A stretch of 64,000 nucleotides of DNA, from positions 24,428,001 through 24,492,000 of the forward strand of contig NC_043020.1 in NCBI RefSeq assembly GCF_006345805.1. The letters run 5' to 3'. A program made the translations under genes and the position numbers. Shown one piece after another: positions 26,500 to 38,207 of the stretch (position 1 is its first letter; every line of letters starts with the position of its first letter). The stretch comes from Octopus sinensis. Lineage: Eukaryota. A model generated the notes under the pieces. That model made no database searches and was not told the origin of the DNA. It was given only the letters and a program-made list of their open reading frames with translations.

Positions 26500-28500
26500 C
26501 ATGTAACTAGAGGTGGTGGTGGTGGTGGTAGAGGAAAATGAGGAGCAGAGAGAGAGGTAGTAATGGTATTAGTGGTGGTGGTGTTGATGAAAATGAGTTG
26601 TTGGCAGATCACTGATGGTTGTGATGGTGGTGCTGGGGTAGGCGATGGTATTAGAGGTGGCGATGGTGGTGGTGGTGTGGCGGCGGTAGTTGTGGTGTGA
26701 AGATGGTGGTGGTGGTGGCGGCGGCGGCGGCGGTGGTGGTGGTGAAAATGAGACGGCGGTGTGGGAATGGTGGTAATGAGCGAGGTGAAGAGAAGGGTGT
26801 AATGGCGAAAATGTGAGAGAGAGAGAGAGAAAGAAAGAGAGACAGTGTGCAGGTTGTAGTAGCGAGTGGCGATCATAAGAGATACATTGGTGGAGTGGGG
26901 AAAATGAGGGGCAGTGGGAGGTTGTAGTGGCAAAAATGAGAAATAAGAGGAAAGGGTCATGGGAAAATAATAGGGGATGGGCGTAAATGAAATGAGACGG
27001 AGGGACTGTGCGGCGGCGGCAGTGGTGTTGGTGGTGGTAGGGGTAAAGAGATGAGGTTTAGAGGTGGGTGAAAACGAATGAGGAGGTAAGGGTTAAAAGA
27101 GAGGTAGAGGGAATAGATAATGAGAACCTGAAATTGAGATAAGGGTGTCCATTGGGGTGGTGAAAATACGACAGAGGTAATTGAGGGGTAGAGAATATTT
27201 GAGATAGGTGGGGTGCCAACTCTAGATCCTCTTACAGAAATAGATGAGCAAGAAAGAGAAATACAAAGAAGGGAGAGCAAGAGAAATAAAGATGAGAGAG
27301 AGGGGGGAAGCGAAAGAGAGAGTTAAAGAGATGGTAATAGATATATAAGCAGATAGATAGAGAGCGAGCAAGGTAGGTAGGTAAGAACTATCACCACCAA
27401 ATGGATGGAGAAAGTGAGAGGTGACAGTGACATGAAGAGGGGAGAGGAGACAAAAGAAAAGAGAGAAAAGTGAGATAGAAAGATAGAAAGAAAGAGAAAG
27501 AAAGAAAGCAAGAGAAACAGTGAGAGAGAGAGTGGTGATAGTTATAGATAGGGGTGGAGAGATAAAGAGAGGTAGGCAGAGAAGGGGACACTGAGGGAGA
27601 GGGAAGGGATATAGATGAAGATATGATAGAGGGAGGATGGTTAGAGGAGGAGGATGGGAAAAGGAAGGAAAAAATGGAGTTATATATAGAGAGAGATAGG
27701 GACAAGAAACATAGCAAGAGAAAGAGAGAGGGTGTGAGGAAAGAGAAAGAGAGAGAGAGAGAGGGAGAGGATGTGATGAAAGAGAGAGAGAGAGGATGTG
27801 ATGAAAGAAAGGGAGAGGATGTGAGGAAAGAAAGAGAAACAATGAAAGAGGAATAGAGGGGAGCAAAAAGGAAAGGGGGAGGGGGAGAGCAGGAACGAAA
27901 TATAAAAGGATATTGTGATAAAGGATATCTGAGATAACGATAACTGGATAGATGGGGAGGGAGGTGACTGGTGGCGATGGGGAACGTTTGAGTGGTGGTG
28001 GTGGTGGTGGTAGGCGGGTATTGTATTGGTGTGAATTGTGATGGTGGTTGCAGTGGTGGTAGTGGCCCTTTTAGGAGCATCAAATGGTGACGGTTTTAGT
28101 TGTGTTGACATTAGTTGCTATTGTTGGTGTTGTTGTAGTGGTCTCAGTGTTGGTGGAGGCTGTGGTGACAGTGGTAGTGGGTGTTGTATTAGTGGGAAGG
28201 GTGATGAATGGCTGCGTTGGTGGTGGCTCTTACGACAGTGAAATGGTGACGGCAGCAGTGGTAGTTGCAGTGATAGTTGTTGGTACGGTGGTGGTGGTGG
28301 TGGTGGTGGTGGTGGTAGTGGTGGTTGTCTACGTGGTGTTGCTGACGGCGATGATGCTAGTATCAGAAGATAAAAAAGCAAAGAGCGAGGGCAGCGGAGT
28401 TAGCCTTCATCGTAGAGGGTTAAATCAATGGAAAGGGAAGTGAAGGTAGATGGATGGGTAGGTAGGTAGGTAGGTAGGTAGGTATGAAGGTAGATAACTA
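26500..28500. repeat. Low-complexity purine/G-rich tract (GGT, GA, GGTA units)
   Basis: Plus strand strongly enriched in G and A, with (GGT)n blocks at both ends. Confidence 0.85.
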
Positions 28501-29037
28501 GGTAGGTGGTGGGTAGGTAAGGTGAGGTGCTTCCAAGGCTCTACAAGCCAGAGGTGCCATTTACGAAGCTGAAACGATGTTCCGCTCCTTCATTTGATTG
28601 TGAAATATTGTCGGACAAAGTGGAACATTCTTTGTGCTTCATGTATTTATTTATTTATTGAGTGAAGGTGTGAGGGAGTGAAATAGAAGAGAGAGAGAGA
28701 GAGGGGGGAGTAGAAAGGACAGAGGAACTGAATGAAATCCGAAGAGAAAAAAAACTAGGGGTGAGAAGAGATAAAGGGCAGGAGAAAGACGGGGTGTTGT
28801 AAACGGGGAGAAAAATACATTATCTCATCAGAATTCCGAGCTATAGCCCATATTATCACGATCGATTACATATCGATGTCAAAATCACCATAATTCTCAT
28901 CATTAACAACATTGCCACTTACAGATCCATCGTCGTCGTCATAGCCGTCGCCGATATCGCCATCGACGTCGCCATCATCGTGACCAACATCATCGCTGAC
29001 ATCATGCTCACGGCGATCGCCACAATTTGTTATTATT

Positions 29038-29750
29038 AAATTCTGGCAGAATCGTTACCACACGCCGGGCGAAATGCTTAGCGGTATTTTGTCTGCCGCT
29101 ACGTTCTGAGTTCAAATTCTGCCGAGGTTGACTTTCCTTTTCATCCTTTCGGGGTCGATTAAATAAGTACCAGCTACGCACTGGGGTCGATATAATCGAC
29201 TTAATCCGTTTGTCTGTCCTTGTTTGTCCCCTCTTTATTTAGCCCCTTGTAGGGAGTAAAGAAATAGGTATTTCGTCTGCCGCTACGTTCTGAGTTCAAA
29301 TTCCGCCTAGGTCGACTTTACCTTTCATACTTTAGGGGTCGATAAATTAAGTACCAGTTACGCACTGGGGTCGATGTAATCGACTTAATCCGTTTGTCTG
29401 TCCTTGTTTGTCCCCTCTATGTTTAGCCACTTGCGGGCAATAAAGAGATAAGTATCGTTATCACGCCGGCCAAAATGTATTCTGAGCTCCAATTCCTACG
29501 AGGCTTTTCATCCTTTCGGGATCGGTAAATTAAGTACGATTTGAGAACTGGGGTCGATGTAATCGATTATCCCCCAACCATCGAAACCAAATGGCTATGT
29601 GCCAAAATTTGAAATCCTTCTCATTTTCTGGCCAAATCGTTAGAGTCGGACAAAACGGTTAGTGAGATGTACGTAAGTAAGAAACTTTACATCCTTGAGT
29701 TCAAATCTTGCTGAGGTCAACTTAGCATTCATCCGACATGGGTCGTTAAA
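29038..29750. mobile_element. SINE A cluster: tandem plus-strand dimer, degenerate plus copy, minus copy
   Basis: Units 29038-29270 and 29270-29455 repeat tacgttctgagttcaaatt...gtccttgtttgtcccctc. Further partial copies at 29456-29615 (+) and 29635-29750 (-). Confidence 0.85.
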
Positions 29751-30402
29751 ATACATCAAGTGTGTGTGTGTGTGTGTGTGTGGGTGTGGGTGTGTGTGTG
29801 TGGGTGTGGGTGTGTGTGTGTGTCTACACTGCAAGTTCCCAGTCAACTTGGTCTTCATAATAAATTTAACTTTATTCTTAGCATCAAGACTCATATGATG
29901 GTTCTGGTGTTATTCTTAGACTTGCTTTAACAAAATGACTTTAATTATACCTGTGTGTATGTGTGTGTATGCCCGCGCACACACACGTATATACATATGA
30001 ATATATGAAGGCGCTTTGAATCTCTCTCTCAGGGCTTCAAGTTGACTTCAGAAAATAACTGATAGGTTATTGATGTTGGTGAACCTTTAGTTGGATTTCA
30101 ACATAGAACAGAGAAATTTCGGTGTGGTAAAGCAAATTTTCCTGAACCCTAATTATAATTATGCTCATACTTTTAAAATTTATATATATATATATTTCGA
30201 TGGGTGAATGAATTATCCTATGTTTACCGTTAACATGGAAAATTCAATGAACCGTTACCAGGGTAGCAAATCCACGTCAGAAACTCGGTTGAAGCGACCT
30301 ATCCAAAGGTAGAAACTCCGGGTTAATGTGCAGTAATTTATGTGTTACAGATAAATAAATAAGTAAATAGAGTTGAACGAAGATGTTAATAAAATCCCTT
30401 TA

Positions 30403-30484
30403 CTTTCGACATATGTTTCGAAGACAGCATGGTTTTATTCCAAAGGAATAAACGGTGTAAGATGCAATCTTCTCATCAGGAAAG
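30403..30484 (-). ncRNA. Type I hammerhead ribozyme in the PLE 3' UTR
   Basis: Minus strand reads ctttc-CUGAUGA-[gaaga...tcttc stem II]-GAAA-catatg-UC-gaaag. The core is fully canonical, stem I is ctttc/gaaag, and stem III is the palindrome ACAUAUGU. Predicted cleavage after GUC, between 30408 and 30407. Confidence 0.85.
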
Positions 30485-30775
30485 AAAGAGAGCCTCCCTC
30501 AACAAGACATTATAACATTTATGATGGCTGCCTACATGATAAACAGAACGATATTAAGTATTTTAAAAAACCGTTAGTAGATTTGACGTCAAAGGCAGAT
30601 AGAAGGAGGAGAAGGGTTAAAGGGGTAGTAATTAGGGAAAAAATGGAGAGGGAGGGATACGTTGATTAAAAGAATGTTCAAAGGCTTAGAAATAGATTTC
30701 TCTATTGAAGTAAAGTGCAAGTTAAACAAATATTTCAAATTATAATGACTGGCGAAATCACTTATATGAGTAAAA

Positions 30776-31200
30776 TCAATGTTTCTGCCAGTATTTACAT
30801 TTGTACGATCGCTCTATAAGTGTGTTTACAAGGTGATTCTTCGAGAAGAGAATATGGAAGAGTTCAGAGTTGCAAATGTTACAAAATATCTTGCTCTTAT
30901 CGAAAGGAAAGGACACGGAAAGTATGAACCAATCTAACTTAAAATCTTTATTGTTGTCTTTAAGATGCCAAACCAATTTACTTAGCCCTGTACTATGGCG
31001 TTTTTTGCTATCCCTAAATGATGAATAATGATTTGAAATTCTCTTGGATAACTGGGAAGTGGATGCACCTATATAGAAGAAGACTTCGGTACCGGAAGAA
31101 ACTTTACAGTGGTATATATAATACTTGATCTTAGAGTTATTAGACAAAAATTTAATTCTGTTGGGGTTGTCCGTCCTCAGAAATCGAAACCAAGTTTTTA
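30776..31200 (-). CDS. PLE GIY-YIG endonuclease domain, 5' truncated but internally open
   Basis: KYYIYHCKVSSGTEVFFYIGASTSQLSKRISNHYSSF...TGLSKLVWHLK...DWFIL...CNICNSELFHIL...LVN...CKYWQKH*. Shows the YIY...YIG motif plus the conserved R, E and N positions typical of PLE endonucleases. The upstream part of ORF 30776-31558 is only microsatellite. Confidence 0.88.
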
Positions 31201-31207
31201 TTGCTAC

Positions 31208-31208
31208 G

Positions 31209-31247
<39 letters not shown>

Positions 31248-31464
31248 AATAATAATAATAATAATGATACTATTACTATTATTATAATAATTATTATGAT
31301 TATTATTATTACTATTATTGTTAATACAATTAATATTATAATCAACAATAATACGTTATTATAATTATTATTATTATTATTAATACTGTTATTATTATTA
31401 TTATTAATACTGTTATTATTATTATTATTATTAATACTGTTATTATTATTATTATTATTATTAC

Positions 31465-31532
<68 letters not shown>

Positions 31533-31545
31533 GTATTATTATAAA
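31208..31545. repeat. (ATT)n microsatellite with periodic ACTGTT interruptions, at the PLE junction
   Basis: actgtt recurs five times between about 31385 and 31500, spaced roughly 24-30 nt apart. Confidence 0.92.
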
Positions 31546-31549
31546 TATT

Positions 31550-32648
31550 AAATTTCATCGATCACCCCTCAGGAATAAGCACCTCAGATATCTTAATAAC
31601 GTCTCTAGAGAAATCAATAACTTAGATTACATCCTAGTTCAATCGGATAAAACCGGTAACATCTATAAGCTTACCAAAAGCCACTATTTGGAACTGCTCA
31701 AAATAAAGATCCATAAAAATTACAAGACCACCAGTAGGAATACACTCAGGCAGGCCAACCTAGAAACTAAACGGATTATGGAAACTTAGGGATTACAGAT
31801 GAAGACAGAACCATTGAACCCTGGCAACCCCGGTTTATTTTAAAAGACCACAAGCAGAACTTTTATACTAACCCAGCATTGCGGCTTATATGCCCTTCCA
31901 GCTCAGACATCGGTACTCTTAGTAAATACATATTAGATAAGTATATCCCTTCATTAATTAATAAATAAAACTTAGCTTATGGTCGAATTCTGTTCAAGTC
32001 GTAGATTGGTTTACTTCCATTACTGATAAGGCCAACACTAAATTTATTCAATTTGATATATCTAGTTTCTATTCTTCAATCAACCCTATTAAACTCAATG
32101 AGACCCTATGGCACGCACACAATAAAGCAGGTCTCTCTAGGGAAGAAATTAATGTGATCCTGACTGTTAGGAAATCTTTCATCAAGTTCGATAACAAGTT
32201 GTGGGACCGGAGTGATACTCCTAATGCGTTTGATGTACTAATGGGAAGTTCAGACAGCGCCCAGATAGCCGATTTGGTCGGAATATATATTCTTTATGAA
32301 ATGGCTGACCAGTTCCCGGATATCTGCGGAGGTCTTTATCGCGACGATTGTCTGCTTTACCTCTAAAACATTTCAAATCAAAAAATACAGATGGTTAAGA
32401 ATAGATTAATTAGGTTCTTTAGAAGAATGGGCTTGCACAGCGTTTTTGACGATGAGTTAACTAAAGCCACCTTCTTAGATATTACTCTCAATTTACAAAA
32501 TAACTCGTACTTCCCATACCATAAACCTTCCACAAATCTTAAATATATTAGTCTTTACAGTAATCACGCTAGGGCAATTACCAATAATTTAGTTAAAAAC
32601 ATCTCACTTAGATTGTCTGAATTATCTGCCAATGTTGACATTTTTAAC
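31550..32648 (+). pseudogene. PLE reverse transcriptase, with stops and frameshifts, 5' truncated
   Basis: Manual translation gives ILVQSDKTGNIY, FILKDHKQNFYTNPALRLICP, FIQFDISSFYSSI, FDVLMGSSDSAQIADLVGIYIL, GLYRDD (YRDD at 32337-32348), FLDITLNL and YHKP..YISLYSNH. These are PLE RT palm and thumb motifs. In-frame stops near 31789, 31966 and 32364, and at least two frameshifts. Confidence 0.9.
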
Positions 32649-34828
32649 GTCAAATGTAGTGGCAGAAACACACATTTTACTCGTATAAGTGATTTCGCCA
32701 GTCATTATAGTTTGAACAATTAGTTTAACTTGCACTTCAGTTCAATAGAGGAATTTTTTCCTAAGCCTTTGAACATTCTTTTAATCAACGTATCCCTCCC
32801 TCTCTATTTGTTCCCTAATTACTTTCCCTATCGATTACACTGCGAGGGATTTGGGGCAAATGTCATTTTCTACATCGTCGATACCGACCATTAGTAGAGG
32901 GGAAACGTTATAGAATCCCATCCGTTGGAATGCAGCTCTGCTTGAAAAAGTAAAGAATTCTCATATAATGCGTGACGGTCCTCCTGTTTGAGAAGTACAT
33001 GAAAAATACACATGTCTGTGGTATACTCAGCCACTTACACGGTCATTCAGTACTTCTCGTATTTCAATTTATCGAACATTTCTGAATGAGATCCATACAT
33101 CAAAACGAAGCGGGATTAATAAAGGATTAGTAATCCGAACAAAATATTTAAGCTCTCTGCAGATACAAATCAACCAGGCTAACAAAGTCATGTGATTTAC
33201 CTGGAATTCAATACCAATCACAAGACCTCTGTGTTTGTGTGTGTGTGTGTGTGTGTTTCCTACGATGCACATGCGTGTATGTAGAACTGAGTTTGAGTTT
33301 ACCGGCGTTAAATCCGATCTTTATGTCTCTAGTGTGAATATATCTAGGTTTCCTTTGATCTAAAAATTCTTGTATCATAGCTCCTGGATTTTACACACAG
33401 ATTGTGTGTGTGTGTGTGTGTGTGAGATCGAATATCGAATCCTAATCTTGAATTGATCATTTACAATTGTTCAAACGATTCATTTGTATAACTGTATGTA
33501 TAGATCCCAGAGCTGTGATTTAAGGGGCTTCAGATCCAAGAAAATACAGATAATTGCGTATTGTATACACACACAAACACGGATATTACAAAGAGAGAGA
33601 GAGAGCGAGAGAGAGAGACACAGGCAGTGAGGCAGAGGGAGAAAGAGAGATAGAGAGCATAGGGATATATATATATATATATATGTATCGACACTAACAT
33701 AAGGAAAAGTGCACACAATTCGCCATATTCGTATATACATACATGATATACACACATATTTATACATACGTATGCACAGATACAGGGATATACATTAAAA
33801 AATCTCGCTAGATCGAAGTGTGGTAAATATCACATATCCCTACTTCACAACAAGAACAGCAACAACAACAACGAGAACAAGAACAACACATTAGATTAAA
33901 AGTAAATATTTACATAGACACCCGAATCTAATTTCCCGCTTATAATTGATTTTGGGCGGAAGAAATGTATGGGACACGGATTGGAATGCAAGCCCGTTAT
34001 AATGGAGGCAACCACTAGATATCGCCTAAGGGGACTTATTGTAAGTGTGTGTGTGTGTGTGTGCGCGTGTGTATATATGTGTGTATATATGTATGTATAT
34101 ATTTTTATAAATACATAATCATATATACTAACATATATTATACCTACACAAAACTATAGATACATTTACATATAAATACACATATATAATTATATACATA
34201 CAAAAAACATACATGCATATATGCATAAATATGCATACATATACAGACATACACACACATATATATATACCTAGATATTGATATACACACATATACAAGT
34301 ATATATATATATATAATCACAGACCTTCACGCATACACACACACACACACACATGTATCTATGAAATTCCCAGCCACCTATCATCAACTGAGCTGCAGGT
34401 AATACAGTCACTCGAACAAGCTGTACTCATGTTAAAACGACGGAGTTCCCATCTTCATCTAATATTATCCGCCTCAATCAGTTAATATTTATCACTTTTA
34501 AGATTTCTAGAGGTTTATTTAATGGTATATTTAACTGCTATTTCTGTAAGATCAGGTGATAACTAAACGCTCGATATTGCCATTGCTATTTTGCCTTCCT
34601 TTTTGTCATTGCGATTGACGATGTTCTTAGTGTTTCAGCTCAACCTTGGTTGATCCCTGATGAGGGAGACCTGTGATCGAAGCAAAATCATCAGTTACTT
34701 TTCCGTATTTTTAAACGTATCGAAGCTTATATTCTCTAATACTTGAATCACTTCCAATGCGTTGCTGTTGCTATAACTTACACGCCATGCTACAACATAC
34801 AAGTTCCCATATCGTACCATCATTATGT

Positions 34829-34871
<43 letters not shown>

Positions 34872-35439
34872 CATTATTATTATTGTCAGTTTTATCGATT
34901 ATTTCATTGCTAAGGTCTTCTTATTGCTAAAGCGCTTGTCATACTTATATTTGTGTTGTTTTCTAGTTGTTCCCTTTCTTTATTATTATTATTGTTATTT
35001 TTTTGCCTTAATATCGACGTCGTCAAGACTGACATTATTATTGTTGTTATTGACGTTCCTGTTGCTGCTGTAGTCTCTATTATTGTTGTTGCTGTTGATG
35101 ATGATGATGATGATGATGATGATGTTGATGATCTTTTTATTTTCCTCTATTTGAATACGATTGTTCATCTTGTGGCAGTTGCTGTCAAAAATAATCGTTA
35201 ATATTGCCGCTGTTGTTGTTGTTGTTATTGTTGTTACTGATGTTCTGACGCAGACATTACTCTTGTTGTCGGTGGGGGTGGCGGTGTAATCACCGCAATA
35301 CTTTTTGCTACCAATGGCAGTTTTATTGCAGGTGCCCTGCCAGCAGATACTTATTAACAACCAAAAAGTACATTTTTCGTGCTTCTTAAATTACTCATTT
35401 CACGGCGAAACAACAACAACACCAACAACAACGATGACG

Positions 35440-35853
35440 GTTCCAAATTTTGGTACAAGGCCAACGACTTTTGAGGGGAGGGTGGTTTATCAACAACATG
35501 GATACCAGTACTTGAATGGTACTCGATACTTCCCTATATCGACCTGGGAAGGAGAGAAAGAATGAATGGCAAAATTGACCTCGGCGGGATTTGAACCCAG
35601 AACATACACATGCGAAAGAATTGCTGTAAAAGCTTGTTCCTGTTCAATGATAATGATGGTTGCAAATAATGGCAGAAGATCAGCAATATCGGATAAGTCG
35701 ATTACATCGGCCGCAGCCTTCAAGTGGTACTTATTTTATTGATGTCCACAGGATGAAAGGCAAACTCAACAGAAACTGAACTCAGAACGTAACGACGGAT
35801 AATATACCGCTAAGCGCTTAGCTCGTGTGCTAACGAATCTGTCAACTTGCCGC

Positions 35854-35890
<37 letters not shown>

Positions 35891-36081
35891 GTACATGGGA
35901 CAAATAGGGGCTGCAATAAGGGTGGAGCACTTGCAGAAAACTACTTGGAACCGCTCGAATACTCCGGAAGGTGCTGGAAAAATAAGAGGTGTTACCTTAG
36001 TTCACTGGTGGGGAACAGCTAACACCGTAGTACATCTCCACCGTTAGAAGTTGTGCAAAGGCAATAGTAGTAGTAGTAGTA

Positions 36082-36137
<56 letters not shown>

Positions 36138-36330
36138 ATAATAATCTTTTCTAATAAAGGCACAAGGCCTGGGAGGGGACTAATCGATAACATCGACCCC
36201 AGTGTTTCACTGGTACTTAATTTATCGAGCCCGAAAAGATGAAAGGCAAAGTCGACCTCGGTGGAATTTGAACTCAGAACGTAAAGACGGAAGAAATGCT
36301 GCTAAACATTTTTTTTTGCCACAGTAGCGA
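35440..36330 (-). mobile_element. Three minus-strand SINE A copies surrounding the R4/Dong-like fragment
   Basis: Reverse-complement cores at 35440-35625, 35665-35853 and 36140-36330. Confidence 0.8.
35892..36064 (+). mobile_element. 3' end of an R4/Dong-like restriction-like-endonuclease retrotransposon
   Basis: YMGQIGAAIRVEHLQKT/LGTARILRKVLEK* (stop 35983-35985, one frameshift) matches the LQK..LLGTA.ILRKVL terminus of R4-clade ORFs. Flanked 5' by (AAT)n and 3' by (TAG)n/(TAA)n. Confidence 0.7.
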
Positions 36331-37019
36331 CGAAACAATTGAGATTAGTCAGACAAATTTACAAAACAAAATAAGCTTAGAGAATAAAGTTTTAGAAAAT
36401 AGTAAAAGCAATAATTTAAAAACACAAGTAGAAATATAAGACAAGGCGTGAACCAATAGGAGGAGAAACCCCTGGAGGCGAGTGGTGGGAAACCTGACAT
36501 TCCAGTAACGCTTACGGATATAGGGGAAGTGTCGACTGTCAGATATATTCTCTGGCCTTCATATATAATAGGCCAATATAAGTGGGTCATACCTGACAAT
36601 TTTACCATTGCCTCTCTGTAAATATGTTGATGATTATGATGACTATGGTGATGCGCATGTAATGGTAACGATGATGATGGTGATGATGTTTTTTTTGGTG
36701 GTGGTGGTGGGGGGAGTTTTCACAAAACCTCGAGAGATATAAACATCGTTATATAAATAAATAATGTTGATACGAATTTATATTTTATGAGGAAGAGAAG
36801 AAGAGGATGGAGCGGGAAGAGGTAAAAGTGATGAGAAAATTATACAAATCAGGGAAAAACTGGAGCAAAATTTTACGTGCACTGATTGCATATACATACA
36901 TCCATACACGCAACCAACACATATCTAAGTTTAAACACACACGCACGAGCCTATGGGTGTAAATACTGCAACACAAAATATGATGCCATATATAATTATA
37001 TGCATAAAGGATAACTATA

Positions 37020-37084
37020 CGAATATATATATATATATATACATACATATATATATATATATACACATATATATATATATACAC

Positions 37085-37151
<67 letters not shown>

Positions 37152-37181
37152 CATATATATTATATATAATACACACACACA

Positions 37182-37213
<32 letters not shown>

Positions 37214-37274
37214 CACATATATATATACATATATATATACACACACACATATATATATATACATATATATATAT

Positions 37275-37323
<49 letters not shown>

Positions 37324-37335
37324 CACACACATATA

Positions 37336-37373
<38 letters not shown>

Positions 37374-37380
37374 TATATAT
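37020..37380. repeat. Compound (TA)/(CA) microsatellite
   Basis: Direct reading. Similar tracts at 2455-2720, 3370-3503, 10500-10652 and 42280-42632. Confidence 0.95.
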
Positions 37381-37985
37381 CAGTGTGTAGGTGCGATGTA
37401 TCATGCATTTTGTATTCCTCTCTTAGTGCGGCAACTATCAATGAATACATCTGGACGCAATCTGCTAAAATGTAGAAATACAGCTAAAAGGCGGACTCAA
37501 TAAAACCTTGTTCGAATGAATATTTAATCCCCTACACTGATAAGGCTCTGCACGTGTTTAACACAATGCTCTATTGAGCACTTTTAAGTTTTCTACCGCA
37601 AAATATCCATAAAATAAGTACATAAATAATTACACACACACACATACACACACACCGAGCGAGAGAAAAAGATTTCTGTTGATTCACTGAAAAGCAATAA
37701 ATTATAAAACTACACGAGCAGTGGATGGCTGTAAAATGCCAATACAGTGAGTTTCACGTTTCCGCTTTTTCAAGAGACAATCTGAGCCTGTCTATTGCGT
37801 CTTAAAATTTCTTTAGGGTTGAATGTATTTTACGGTATTATATAAAAGCTCTGGAGAAATGCTTATCTTAATTTTGCTTTTAAAGCCATTCAAAATAATA
37901 TCAAATAGACACACGCAAATACACACACGTTTATAATATTTTTAATGCACAATATACAACAAAACTGACTGAAAAGTCACGTTAA

Positions 37986-38207
37986 CCCATTAAGTCCCAC
38001 TGTCCTGTAGGTAGGACACTAAATGAGAACATTAAATAATCTTTATCACATTGTCTCAGTGTCCTATTTATAGGACACCGAGTATTTCCATTTCTACTGA
38101 AGTAAAAGAGTTTTAATAATTATTTTTTTCATTTTAACCTGTTTTCAATTATCTGTAAACATTTAAAAGTAATATTCAGAAATTTAAGCACTCTGGGACT
38201 TAATGGG
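37986..38207. mobile_element. piggyBac-type MITE, 222 bp
   Basis: Perfect 14-bp TIR cccattaagtccca / tgggacttaatggg, flanked by TTAA on both sides (37982-37985 and 38208-38211). TIR starts with CCC. Non-coding. Confidence 0.85.

Larger units (their letters stand above)
30360..32830. mobile_element. Penelope-like retroelement (PLE), degenerate, two arms in inverted head-to-head arrangement
   Basis: Plus-strand RT at 31550-32648, minus-strand GIY-YIG at 30776-31200, minus-strand 3' UTR with hammerhead ribozyme. Region 32652-32829 is the reverse complement of 30621-30802. Confidence 0.9.

Noticed and set aside
29038-29455. CRISPR-like or satellite array
   Set aside because: These are tandem SINE units, not short repeats with unique spacers. 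The DNA is eukaryotic and no cas genes are present.
30360-32830. L1-style twin-priming inversion as the sole explanation of the PLE layout
   Set aside because: The geometry fits at first sight, but the RT arm carries its own copy of the endonuclease end and 3' UTR, which twin priming of one RNA would not produce.
34657-34695. Hammerhead-like ctgatgag...gaag
   Set aside because: GAAA is mutated to GAAG, and I could not build convincing stems I-III.
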